Assembly: GCA_041601615.1 (NCBI GenBank)
Contig: JBFIHX010000007.1
Span: 1-64,000, forward strand
DNA length: 64,000 nucleotides
Source: Thermoplasmatota archaeon
GTDB taxonomy: Archaea; Thermoplasmatota; E2; JACPAO01; JAHFTW01
Reading direction: 5' to 3'
In this document: in pieces, positions 54,962 to 64,000 of the stretch
Numbering within the stretch: position 1 is the first letter of the stretch
How the letters are laid out: each line of letters starts with the position of its first letter
The notes under the pieces: generated by a model
Databases searched by the model: none
Told to the model about the DNA's origin: nothing
What the model saw: only the letters and a program-made list of their open reading frames with translations
Translations under genes and position numbers: made by a program

Positions 54962-55357
54962 ATGACGACACGCGAGGGTCAAATTGGCCTTGCATTGATG
55001 GGGAGTGTGTTTCTTGGCATCTGGTTGTACGGATTGATGTTCAGTTTTGACCCGGTCGACGGGGAAACCCAAGACGTGGGGCGTTGGTTTGGCTGGGGCA
55101 TGGTGGGCCTCGTGATGGCGGCGGCCGGTTACGGCATCCGGGCCCTTGGCGGTGTGCCGCAATTGGTGTCCATGATTTTGCTTGGCTTGTTGTCCACGCT
55201 CGTGGTGATGGGCGCGGTGCTCAACGAAAACGTATACATCTTTGCCACCCTTTGCTCCGGCATCGGTGCTGGCTTGATTGTGGCCGCGATGCCTCCTCCT
55301 CGGGTGCGGGACCATGCCCCAGGGCATTTTGGCGAATCAGACCAGGATCAAGCGTAG
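54962..55357 (+). CDS. Four-TM hypothetical membrane protein
   Basis: Four hydrophobic segments. Confidence 0.75.
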   Translation: MTTREGQIGLALMGSVFLGIWLYGLMFSFDPVDGETQDVGRWFGWGMVGLVMAAAGYGIRALGGVPQLVSMILLGLLSTLVVMGAVLNENVYIFATLCSGIGAGLIVAAMPPPRVRDHAPGHFGESDQDQA

Positions 55358-56352
55358 GCGTCGTTCCAGGGCAAGACCTCGAGTGTGTGGCCAGTGCACG
55401 TGGTGTGGCATGCGTCGGTGGCACTGAGGGTCCAGGTGCCGGGGACGGGAAACACGACGCGAGCCTCCCAGGTGCCGGGGTCGCTGGTTTCGCTCCATTC
55501 TGCATAGACGGGCTCCGCTCCTTCCATGCCCCAGCCGGATTTTCTCGGGTCGAACGATTCGCCCGTGTCTTCCACGTCGTGCACGAGCATGTGCACGGGG
55601 TGACCGGCGACCATCCATAGTGGGTGGTCGAGGGTGCCGAATCCAATGTTCCATTCAATGCCGGCGTCAAGGGCGCGCACGAGGCCAAGGGCGTCTAGGT
55701 CAGCGGGCGGTGGCAGCAAATGGGCGGTGTTGAGGACCACGTCGGTGATGGGTCGGTCGAGGCCGGGAATGGTGGGCTCTGCGTTGATGGCGCGCACCAC
55801 GTCGAGGCCTTCGAACACCTGCCCGAACAGTGTGTAGGAGCCGAACACTGCGCCCGTTGGGCCGGTGGGGTTGGTGAGGTGCGGCTGGGGCGTTTCTGCG
55901 ATGAACCATTGCGAGTCGCCGGAGTTGGGATCGAGGTCGCGGGCGAGTCCGACGCTGCCGGCGGCAAAGTGCAGGCGCGCATCCGATTCGAATGCCACCG
56001 TCTGGCCGCTGCCCAGTTGCCCGGTGCCGCTTGGATCTCCGCCTTGGATGACGAAATCGTCCACGACGCGGTGCACGATCGTGCCATCGTAGAAGCCTCG
56101 GTCTGCCAGTCCGCCAATGTGGGCGACGGTATGGGGCGTCCAGGCTTCGAACAGAATCATGCGGATTGTGCCATGGTCGGTCTCGAAGCGCAGTTCGGGC
56201 ATGGCTCGGACTTCCTCTAGAAACTTGAGCAACTCAGGGTCCGGCAAAAGATCCGTGTGCGTGTCCGGGATCAAGTCTGAATCCGTGTCGGAAAGGCAAC
56301 CAGAGACCATCACCAGTGCCAGGGTCAGCAAGGCAATCGACAGGCGGGTCAC
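55348..56352 (-). CDS. Cyclophilin-type peptidyl-prolyl isomerase lipoprotein
   Basis: VSGC lipobox; FYDGTIVHRVVDDFVIQGGDP, SQWFI, YTLFGQVFEGLDVV. Confidence 0.92.
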   Translation of the reverse strand: MTRLSIALLTLALVMVSGCLSDTDSDLIPDTHTDLLPDPELLKFLEEVRAMPELRFETDHGTIRMILFEAWTPHTVAHIGGLADRGFYDGTIVHRVVDDFVIQGGDPSGTGQLGSGQTVAFESDARLHFAAGSVGLARDLDPNSGDSQWFIAETPQPHLTNPTGPTGAVFGSYTLFGQVFEGLDVVRAINAEPTIPGLDRPITDVVLNTAHLLPPPADLDALGLVRALDAGIEWNIGFGTLDHPLWMVAGHPVHMLVHDVEDTGESFDPRKSGWGMEGAEPVYAEWSETSDPGTWEARVVFPVPGTWTLSATDACHTTCTGHTLEVLPWNDAYA

Positions 56353-56496
56353 GCGGAGGGCAGGGCGGCGCACAGGCTCGCCATCGGTGCTCCGGTGAAA
56401 GAGTTTGGAAGCAGCGGCTAGGACGCACGGCGTGTGCGTGGGTACCTGGGTTTGCTTGCGGTACGGCCTTATGGCGCGGCGGCTCGGTCCGTCGTG

Positions 56497-57243
56497 ATGC
56501 GTGAGGCGCTTGAGAACTTCTACCGCAACCACCGGGTCGTTCGACCGCCAACGCAGCAACCCGACCCGACCGTTCCCGTGGACCTTGTGTGCTTCGACAT
56601 GGACGGTGTTCTCATCGATGTGGGCAGCAGCTGGGTCATGGTGCACCGCCACTACAAGGTAACCAACGAAGCAGGCCTCGAAGCGTATCTCAACGGCGAA
56701 TTCGACGACGAGGAGTTCATCCGCCGCGATGCCGCCTTATGGCTGCAACATCAACCACAAATCACGCGCCGCCATTTCGAGGAGATCTTCCAAGAACCCC
56801 CGTTCATGGGTGGCGTGCAGCGCACCATCGAAACCTTGGTGGGCGAAGGCATCGAATGCGCCATCGTCAGCGGCGGCGTGGACGTCATGGCCGAAAACGT
56901 GGCCGCCCGCCTCGGCATCCACCACGTCAGCGCAAACGGCTTCGTGTACGACGAGACGGGCCACATCACGGGCGAGGGCGTCGTGCGCACTCCCCTCAAC
57001 GACAAGGCCCGGCCGGTGCTGGAATTTGCCCGCGAACTTGGCGTGCCACTGGATCGAGTCCTAAGCATCGGCAACAGCATGCCCGATGTCAGCATGTTCG
57101 AAGTCACAGGCCGCAGCATCGCATTCCACCCCGAAGACGATTACACGCGCCAACACGCAACGTGGACCATCGAAGACGGGCCCCTGGACCAAATCCTGCC
57201 CCTAGTGCTTCGTCCCGGCGAGCACCAACCCTACGTCGAGTAG
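56497..57243 (+). CDS. HAD-IB phosphatase (phosphoserine phosphatase-like)
   Basis: FDMDGVL, SSW, VSGG, SAN, K, IGNSMPD motifs; start uncertain. Confidence 0.88.
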   Translation: MREALENFYRNHRVVRPPTQQPDPTVPVDLVCFDMDGVLIDVGSSWVMVHRHYKVTNEAGLEAYLNGEFDDEEFIRRDAALWLQHQPQITRRHFEEIFQEPPFMGGVQRTIETLVGEGIECAIVSGGVDVMAENVAARLGIHHVSANGFVYDETGHITGEGVVRTPLNDKARPVLEFARELGVPLDRVLSIGNSMPDVSMFEVTGRSIAFHPEDDYTRQHATWTIEDGPLDQILPLVLRPGEHQPYVE

Positions 57244-57923
57244 GCCCCGCCTCGGGCCGAGGATGCTTCCAAACCGGAAACGTGCTCCAGGTCGTCCGCA
57301 AGCTCTCGGATGTGCACCACATGGGTTTCCATCTCCCGCAGCACTTCCAATTGATCCAAACTCAGCGAATCATGCAGTTCTCGCTGCAAGCGCCGGATGT
57401 CCTCCGCCAACACCCCCAGTGGTTCGCGTAGATTGCGCGCCGCCGCTTGATAGAATCGGGTCTTCTCCGATTCCAATTGCGTGCGCAGCCGACGCTCCAT
57501 GTCTTCGCCCAGAATCCCCATGCGCTCCTGTTCATGCCGGGCACGGGCCACGGACATGCGAATCTCCTGGCACAAGTCCTCACGAGTGATGCCGGCCTTG
57601 GTGAGCAAGTCCTGAGCGCCCGCCCGCACGGCCGCAACACCTTGCCCGGCCTCCTCCATGCCGGTGAGAATGATGATTGGGACACTGGGAACGAGTGCTT
57701 GGATCACCTCCACCGTGTCGAGGCCGCTGCTATCGCTGAGGTTCAAATCCAGAAGAATTGCATCCAGGGGTTCGCCGCCGCGCAATCGGTCACGCGTCGC
57801 GAGCAGGCTCGTGGCAGATTCGGTGACAAAGCCGCCGTCGGCCTCCAGCCAAGCCGCCAACAAGTGCTGAAACACCGGATCATCTTCCACCACGAGGACG
57901 CGAAGGGGCTCAGTTGCTTGCAT
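57231..57923 (-). CDS. Response regulator (REC) fused to a degenerate HisKA-like helical domain
   Basis: VLVVEDD, ILLDLNLSDSSG, ILTG, QDLLTK; C-terminal AARNLREPL. Confidence 0.87.
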   Translation of the reverse strand: MQATEPLRVLVVEDDPVFQHLLAAWLEADGGFVTESATSLLATRDRLRGGEPLDAILLDLNLSDSSGLDTVEVIQALVPSVPIIILTGMEEAGQGVAAVRAGAQDLLTKAGITREDLCQEIRMSVARARHEQERMGILGEDMERRLRTQLESEKTRFYQAAARNLREPLGVLAEDIRRLQRELHDSLSLDQLEVLREMETHVVHIRELADDLEHVSGLEASSARGGAYST

Positions 57924-58168
57924 GAGTCACCGTACTTGCGCCATCACGTGGGCAAAAAATGAATGGAATCAAGACCCCAATACACGAATTTAGCCCATTG
58001 GCATCTTGGATACGAACCAATTGTCGGCTTAGCCCCGCGACCCCATCATCAGGCACTCTTCCAGGTTGACCTTCACCCACGCAGCACGCCCCCACTCGCC
58101 CAGACACGATAGGTTCGAGCCAATTGCAGCGTTTTTAGCCTTTGCCCCTGGAATGGGTGGCAAGCACT

Positions 58169-58498
58169 TCAATGGCTCGCCAGCAATGCACCCTCAAGCC
58201 GCAAGTGCGTCATGCGCCCATCTCGATCAAAACTCAAGACCGCGCTCCCCTGTCCGCCCCCGCCATCGACGCGGGTCACGTCCCAATTCACCATCACCAC
58301 ATTGCGCACCGCCCGCACCACCACGACCTGGCACGAAGCAAGCGGCAGCACCGCAAATTCCCCAAGCATCGCACGCAAATCCCGCTCGACGCCAAGGCTT
58401 GGCAACGACACTCGGGCATCCGGGCTTGCCCAAGCATCCACGTCAAAACCGGCTGAATCAACCACCGCTTTGGCCAGTTCCGCAACGCGCTCGCGCAT
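58169..58498 (-). CDS. Hypothetical protein, possibly NTF2/SnoaL-like
   Basis: VVMVNWDV...GSAVLSFDRDGRMTHL beta pattern. Confidence 0.55.
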   Translation of the reverse strand: MRERVAELAKAVVDSAGFDVDAWASPDARVSLPSLGVERDLRAMLGEFAVLPLASCQVVVVRAVRNVVMVNWDVTRVDGGGGQGSAVLSFDRDGRMTHLRLEGALLASH

Positions 58499-58558
58499 GT
58501 CCACGGCCCGGCAAGTCGGAGGATGTGGTTTAAGCGCCGCTGCCCGGTGGCCGCCTCC

Positions 58559-60091
58559 ATGAAGCTCTCCTGTGTTTCGCCCAAGCAGGCCAAGGCCCAA
58601 TTCGCCGTGGTCGGTGTGGCCTCCAAGGACGACGTCCGCACCGCCCCCAGCCTCGCCACCTTCGGCCTCCAGGACGACAAGCACATCCAATGGCTGCTGT
58701 CCAACGAAACCACCGGCCTCGGCCTCAAACAAGTGGTCGCCATGCCGACCCAAGGCGAGTTCGGCATTTGCCTCGTGGGTCTTGGCGAACCCGAAAAACT
58801 AGACCAGGAAAAACTCGCAGCTGCATTTTCCGCCGCACTCAAACACCTCAAGGGACTCGGAGTTGCCACCGTCGCAACATCCCTCATCACCGACGCCACC
58901 GCCAACTCCAGCGCAGACGCAGGCCTTGACGAAGCAACCGCCATCCAAGCCCTCGTGCACGGCGCCATCGCCGGCGACTTGAGTTTTGACCAATGGAAAG
59001 GCAAGGGCGACGACGCAGAAACCGGCAAGAAGGCCAAGAAGGACAAAAAGAAGGCCGCAATCGACGTGGTCCAATTCATCCACGACAAACCGGCTAGCAT
59101 CCGCAAGAACGTGGACGCCGCCGAAGCAATCCAAGAAGCCGTCAACGACGCTCGCCTCATCGCCAACACGCCCGCCAACATCGCCACACCCAAGTGGATG
59201 GCCGACGAAGCCCGCGCACGCGGCAAAAAATACGGATTCAAAGTCAGCGTCAAAGGCCGCGCTGCCCTGTTGAAAGAAGGCTACGGTGCCCTGACCGGTG
59301 TAGCCCAAGGAAGCACCAACGAGGAGCAACTCGTTGTCATGGAATACACACCCGAGAAGACCACGAAGGCCACCAAGACCATCGTGGTCGTCGGCAAGGG
59401 TGTCACTTTCGACTCCGGCGGCATCAGCATCAAGCCCGGCCAGGGCATGTGGGACATGAAGTACGACAAGTGCGGCGCCTGCAACACCATCGCCCTCATG
59501 GGGACCCTCCAGCGCCTCGGCGTCAAGCACCGCGTCATCGGCATCACGCCCTGCGTTGAAAACATGCCCAGCGGCACCGCCCAGCGCCCCGGCGACATCG
59601 TCACGAGCAAAGACGGCACCACGATCGAAGTCCTCAACACGGACGCCGAAGGTCGCCTGATTCTTGCGGACGCCATCACCTTCGGCCGCAGCTTCAAACC
59701 CGACTGGATGTGCGACATGGCGACCCTCACGGGTGCTTGCGACTTTGCCGTTGGACCCACCTATGTGGCCGTCATGAGCAAAAATGATGAGCTTGCCACC
59801 AAGTTTGTCGACGCAAGCAACAAGTCCGGCGACAAGGCCTGGCGCCTGCCCCAGGGCGAGGAATACGACGAGGCAAACAAGGGCACCTACGCCGACTTGC
59901 AAAACATCAGCCTCACCAACAAGGCCGGCACCAGCATCGGCGGCAGCTTCGTGAGCCACTTTGCCAAAGACACGCCCTTTGTCCACCTAGACATCGCCAG
60001 CAAGGCCTGGACCGGCGGAAACGGCGTCTTCGCGAAAGGGCCGACCGGCGCTGGCTTGCGCATCGTCGTGCAAGCAATCCTCGACAGCTAG
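58559..60091 (+). CDS. pepA: Leucyl aminopeptidase (M17)
   Basis: VGKGVTFDSGGISIK, MKYDKCG, ENMP, NTDAEGRLILAD, ATLTGA, HLDIA. Confidence 0.96.
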   Translation: MKLSCVSPKQAKAQFAVVGVASKDDVRTAPSLATFGLQDDKHIQWLLSNETTGLGLKQVVAMPTQGEFGICLVGLGEPEKLDQEKLAAAFSAALKHLKGLGVATVATSLITDATANSSADAGLDEATAIQALVHGAIAGDLSFDQWKGKGDDAETGKKAKKDKKKAAIDVVQFIHDKPASIRKNVDAAEAIQEAVNDARLIANTPANIATPKWMADEARARGKKYGFKVSVKGRAALLKEGYGALTGVAQGSTNEEQLVVMEYTPEKTTKATKTIVVVGKGVTFDSGGISIKPGQGMWDMKYDKCGACNTIALMGTLQRLGVKHRVIGITPCVENMPSGTAQRPGDIVTSKDGTTIEVLNTDAEGRLILADAITFGRSFKPDWMCDMATLTGACDFAVGPTYVAVMSKNDELATKFVDASNKSGDKAWRLPQGEEYDEANKGTYADLQNISLTNKAGTSIGGSFVSHFAKDTPFVHLDIASKAWTGGNGVFAKGPTGAGLRIVVQAILDS

Positions 60092-60111
60092 GCAGTACTG
60101 CCTGACCTGAG

Positions 60112-60208
60112 CCGGGTCGTCGGCCACCGGCCGGCGGCCCCTCCTGGGTAATCCGAGGGCGCGAAGGGCCCTAGGGGTGTACTACCGAGGGCGCGAAGTA
60201 CCGCTAGG
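60112..60208 (+). repeat. Hairpin repeat element, copy D
   Basis: GGGTCGTCGGCC-ACC-GGCCGGCGGCCC...CCGAGGGCGCGAAGGGCCCTAGGGG...CCGAGGGCGCGAAG; about 20 nt after the pepA stop. Confidence 0.9.
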
Positions 60209-61919
60209 TTTCCGCTGCGGCGCGAGCGTGTCGTTCGCTGCGTTCGAGGCGTCGGTCGGCTGCGTGCCCGAGGAAGCTTGCCACCACCACGACGGAAACC
60301 AGCAGCACGCCGTTGACCAACCAGGCGACCCAGAGTTGCTTGGTGAAGGCGAGGGCGAGGTAGCCCGTGGAGCCGATGCCGGCAACGGTGAGCGCATAGG
60401 GCAGTTGTGTGCGGACGTGGTCGATGTGGTCGCATTGTCCCGCCATGCTGCTCATGACAGTGGTGTCGCTGATGGGCGAGCAATGGTCTCCGAATACGGC
60501 GCCGCCTAGGGTGCTTGCGAGTACGGGTGCAAACCATGCGGCGCCGCCAGGGGTTGCTGCGGCTACGGTGAGGGTGACGGGGATCATGATGGCGAAGGTG
60601 CCAAAGCTGGTGCCGGTGGCGAATGCGATGACTGCGGAGAGCAGGAATGCCAACAGGGGTAGACTAGAGGCGTCGGTGAGCCAGGAGATGAATCCGTTGC
60701 TGCTGTCTTGGGCGTTTCCAACGGCCTCCGAGAGGTATTCGCCGAGGCCGACGCCGCCAAAGTGGGCTGGTGTTGTGGCGTCGCCGGCGACGAGGTCGGT
60801 TTGGGTGGTTCCCACGGCGTTGCCGATGGCCCACGCGAGGGCGAGCAGGGCGAGGGCGGGCACCATGGCTTTGAATCCGGTGATGACGGTGTCGATGTAT
60901 TCGTCCTGCTTGAGTGTCCCTTGTACGCCGTAGAGGACCATGGCAAACAGGAGTGTGAGGAAGCTTGCGACGGCGAGGCTCAATTCGGCGCTGCTGTTGC
61001 GCAGGGCGGAGGCAAAAGAATCTCCTTCGATGCCCCGTCCGGTGACATACAGAGCGGTGATGGCGGAGGCGAACAGAAACAGCATGGGCCACAGGAGGTT
61101 GCGGGCCTTGGGTTTGGCACCGAGGGCGACTTCCATTTCGCTGACTTCGCGGCTCATGAGGGGTTTGGCGCCGTCGCGCATCAGTTTACCTTCCCGTAGG
61201 GCGCGTTGTTCTGCTTTGCGCATGGGTCCGTATTCCATGGGCAAGAAGGCGATGAGGCCCACGAATACGACCGTGAGGATGGCGTAGAAGTTGTAGGGGA
61301 TGGAGTCCAAAAAGAGGCTGAATGCGTTGAGGCCTGCGGCTTGGACGGCAGCGACTCCGGCGACGATGCCGATGATGACACCGACCCAGGTGCTGATGGG
61401 CATCATGATGACCATGGGGGCGGCGGTGCTGTCGATGATGTATGCGAGTTTTTCGCGGCTGACGCGCAATTTGTCGGTGACGGGCCGGAATACGCTGCCG
61501 GCGGCGATGACGTGGAAGTAGTCGTCGATGGCCAGAAAGGCGGCGCCGAAGAACCACGCCATGCCTTGGCCCATGCGTCGGTCGTGGGCGTACTTCATGG
61601 CGGCTTCTCCAAAGCCTCGAATGGCGCCGCTGCGCTGCATCACGGCGACGAATCCGCCCAAAAACAACGTGAAGGCGATGACGCCAGCGTGGCCGGGGGT
61701 GGCGATGCCGTAGATGATCCATTGGATGGTTTGGAAAACCCCTCCTGCGACGGCGACAAACGGAAGCAGGAACGAGGAGCCATCGAAGGCGGCCCCGGCG
61801 ACCATGACGGCGGCTACAAGGATGCCAATCAGGAGGCTCTGGTAGACTCGGCGCGTCAGCATCGCCGCGATGATGGCGATCGTGGGCGGAAGTAGGGTCC
61901 AGGCTCCAAAGTCAGCCAC
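60204..61919 (-). CDS. Na+/H+ antiporter NhaC family protein
   Basis: IDDYF, REKLAYIIDSTAAP, FATGTSFGTF, GAVFGDHCSPISDTT, HVRTQLPYA. Confidence 0.93.
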   Translation of the reverse strand: MADFGAWTLLPPTIAIIAAMLTRRVYQSLLIGILVAAVMVAGAAFDGSSFLLPFVAVAGGVFQTIQWIIYGIATPGHAGVIAFTLFLGGFVAVMQRSGAIRGFGEAAMKYAHDRRMGQGMAWFFGAAFLAIDDYFHVIAAGSVFRPVTDKLRVSREKLAYIIDSTAAPMVIMMPISTWVGVIIGIVAGVAAVQAAGLNAFSLFLDSIPYNFYAILTVVFVGLIAFLPMEYGPMRKAEQRALREGKLMRDGAKPLMSREVSEMEVALGAKPKARNLLWPMLFLFASAITALYVTGRGIEGDSFASALRNSSAELSLAVASFLTLLFAMVLYGVQGTLKQDEYIDTVITGFKAMVPALALLALAWAIGNAVGTTQTDLVAGDATTPAHFGGVGLGEYLSEAVGNAQDSSNGFISWLTDASSLPLLAFLLSAVIAFATGTSFGTFAIMIPVTLTVAAATPGGAAWFAPVLASTLGGAVFGDHCSPISDTTVMSSMAGQCDHIDHVRTQLPYALTVAGIGSTGYLALAFTKQLWVAWLVNGVLLVSVVVVASFLGHAADRRLERSERHARAAAET

Positions 61920-62019
61920 AAATCAAGCGAGTCGCGGCAAGACTTGATGCTTGCGTTGGAACCATGCAAGCGTGGTGCGGCGCCGAAGCCCTCTTGCCGG
62001 GGCGGCGACTCGCTCGGGC

Positions 62020-63090
62020 GTGGGCATTGATCTGGGCGACGTGGTGGTCAAGCACCAGACAGAGTTGGCGGCTCTTCGTGGCAAGCGCGTGGCGTTTGAT
62101 GCGTGGAACATTCTGTATCAGTTCTTGTCGAACATTCGTCAGCCTGATGGCACGCCCCTGAAGGATCGCCAGGGCCGAGTCACGAGCCACCTTGCGGGCA
62201 CGCTCTACCGGACGGCGAACATCGTGGAGGCAGGCATCAAGCCGGTGTTTGTGTTTGATGGCGAGCCTCATGTGTTGAAGCGTGAGACACTGGCGGCCCG
62301 GTCGGCGCGCCGGGAGCAGGCGAAGGTGGATTTGGAGGAGGCTCAAGCGGCGGGCGACGAGGAGCGGGCGTTCAGCAAGGCGCAGCAGACGAGCAAGATG
62401 ACCTCCGAGATGGCGGACCAGGCGAAGGCGTTGCTGCGCGCACTTGGGGTTCCCGTGGTGGATGCGCCCCATGACGGAGAAGCGCAAGCGTCCTACCTCT
62501 GCGCCCAGGGCAAGGTCGATGCCGTATGCTCTCAGGATTTTGATTGCCTGCTGTTTGGCGCCCCGGTTTTGCTGCGAAATTTGACCATGAGCGGCCGGCG
62601 AAAATTGCCGGGAAAACAGGTGTGGGTCCCGGTGTTGCCGGAGCGAATTGAGCTTGCCGAGAGCTTGGGAGCCGCTGAGCTTTCGCGGGAGCAACTTGTG
62701 GATGCGGCGATGCTTGTAGGTACGGATTTCAATCCCGGCATCAAGGGCATCGGGCCCAAGAAGGCGATTGCGCTCGTGCAGAAGAACGGCGACCTGGACA
62801 CGCTGATTGCCCGCCTCGATTCGGACCCCAGTAGTGCCGACAGCGCCGTGGAGCGGGCCATCATCGAGCAGGCCGACGCTCTTGCCGATCGCGTGGAGAT
62901 CCGCCGCATTTTCCTTGCTCCTGAGACCGCCGAGAACGTGGATTTGACGCCGGGCCGTGCCGACGGGGCCGCAGTGCTTCAGATCATGGTAGAGGAGCAC
63001 GATTTTTCCAAGGAACGCGTTGAGGGCGCTTTGAAGCGGTTTGGTGCAGCGGCGGAGGCGGGCAAGCAGCAGTCGTTGTTTGATTTCTAG
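62020..63090 (+). CDS. fen: Flap endonuclease 1
   Basis: DAWNILYQFLSNIRQPDG, TSHLAG, FVFDG, DGEAQA, SQDFD, GTDFNPG; C-terminal PIP box QQSLFDF. Confidence 0.97.
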   Translation: MGIDLGDVVVKHQTELAALRGKRVAFDAWNILYQFLSNIRQPDGTPLKDRQGRVTSHLAGTLYRTANIVEAGIKPVFVFDGEPHVLKRETLAARSARREQAKVDLEEAQAAGDEERAFSKAQQTSKMTSEMADQAKALLRALGVPVVDAPHDGEAQASYLCAQGKVDAVCSQDFDCLLFGAPVLLRNLTMSGRRKLPGKQVWVPVLPERIELAESLGAAELSREQLVDAAMLVGTDFNPGIKGIGPKKAIALVQKNGDLDTLIARLDSDPSSADSAVERAIIEQADALADRVEIRRIFLAPETAENVDLTPGRADGAAVLQIMVEEHDFSKERVEGALKRFGAAAEAGKQQSLFDF

Positions 63091-63143
63091 CGGCCACGGG
63101 ACCACCGACAGTTCTTTCTTTCCTGAATCCCCCGTTCGGCCTC

Positions 63144-64000
63144 GTGCTGCGTGCCGCTGCCGTGCTCGTTCTCGTCGCTTTTTCTGGTTGTACTGCCAAT
63201 CTTGCTCCATCCTTGCCGGACATTGCGGCGCCGGAGCCCGTCGACCGTTATCCGGCCCTGCATGAGTTGTTTGCGGACGATGAGCCGTTCACCTTGCGCG
63301 GACGCGTCACGGACCCCGATGGACGGCCTGTGGCGGGGGCGCTTGTGTGGGTGGAGGCGGAGGATCTTCGTCAACCCGTCAACAATCTGGCAGCATACAG
63401 CGAAGGACGCGCGGCGACGATTCGCAACACTGCGGCAGACGGCACGTTTCGCATTCAAGCGGACGACGGATTGTACTCGATTGCGGTGGAGGCGCCGGGA
63501 TTCAGGGCGTTGCGTAGTGTACCGCTTGCCACGTCCGAACCCTTGGAGTTGCGGCTGAGTCCGCACGACGGTGTGCTGGTGATGGCGCATCGAGGTGCGA
63601 GTTTCTATGCGCCAGAGAACACCATTGCCTCCATTCAGAAGGCGGCGTGGCTCGGCGCAGACTGGGTCGAGGTGGATGTTCGTTTGACCCGCGACGGTCG
63701 CTTGGTGTTGATCCACGACATGAGCCTAGAGCGCACCACCGGCCAGTCCGGCGAGGTCGCCTCCACTTCCTGGTCTCAATTGCGCACGTTGGACGCGGGG
63801 GCGTGGTTCCACTCGTCCTTTGCAAATACGCAGGTGCCAAGCCTTGCCGAAGCGATTCAAGCGGCTCGGGATGAGGGAACGCGGCTTGTTTTGGACATCA
63901 AGGCGCCGGATGCAAGAGAGGCCGCGAGGGTTCGCTCGGCGCTGTTTTTGGAACTTGATGCCCTCGGGGCCAAGAGCGAAGTGGTGGTGGCGGCGTTTCG
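63144..64000 (+). CDS. Glycerophosphodiester phosphodiesterase lipoprotein (3' end beyond the window)
   Basis: VAFSGC lipobox; in-frame MAHRGASFYAPENT...EVDVRLTRDG..VLIHD from 63582. Confidence 0.88.
   Translation, partial: MLRAAAVLVLVAFSGCTANLAPSLPDIAAPEPVDRYPALHELFADDEPFTLRGRVTDPDGRPVAGALVWVEAEDLRQPVNNLAAYSEGRAATIRNTAADGTFRIQADDGLYSIAVEAPGFRALRSVPLATSEPLELRLSPHDGVLVMAHRGASFYAPENTIASIQKAAWLGADWVEVDVRLTRDGRLVLIHDMSLERTTGQSGEVASTSWSQLRTLDAGAWFHSSFANTQVPSLAEAIQAARDEGTRLVLDIKAPDAREAARVRSALFLELDALGAKSEVVVAAF

Noticed and set aside
1-64000. Prophage, integrase, transposase, rRNA or tRNA genes
   Set aside because: No recognisable motifs on either strand.

Overview
GC-rich archaeal chromosomal DNA, most consistent with a Thermoplasmatota-type euryarchaeon. 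The markers are rpo7-spt4-DUF359-rps24e-rps27ae, a FEN-1 with a PIP box, the archaeal ADH-synthase/DHQ-synthase-II shikimate route, GHMP-type shikimate kinase and TrmB. Main content: a complete aspartate-to-chorismate operon, endonuclease IV, a split MgtE/PhoU-TrkA-C cluster, MoxR/DUF58, pgk, pyrD/pyrK, acyl-CoA dehydrogenase, SRAP, a two-domain multicopper oxidase, an SF1 helicase, orphan response regulators, pepA, NhaC and fen. No rRNA, tRNA, CRISPR array, transposase or integrase was seen. Most unusual signals: (1) six copies of a roughly 60-100 nt multi-hairpin element with compensatory base changes, all co-oriented downstream of a gene. Three are followed directly by a diverged duplicate of that gene's 3' end (pgk, ACAD, rps27ae), and the differences are almost purely synonymous for ACAD and rps27ae. 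(2) Kilobase-scale strand-composition domains that flip at two of these elements. (3) A roughly 55-aa Y-x-LY...[FY][FY]F...P-x-G..V..N..G[LV]P[FL]L[RK] module shared by three unrelated proteins, including endonuclease IV. (4) Two clusters of secreted disulfide-rich repeat proteins. All protein calls come from motif recognition by eye, not from database searches. Start codons were often chosen downstream of the ORF-track start.
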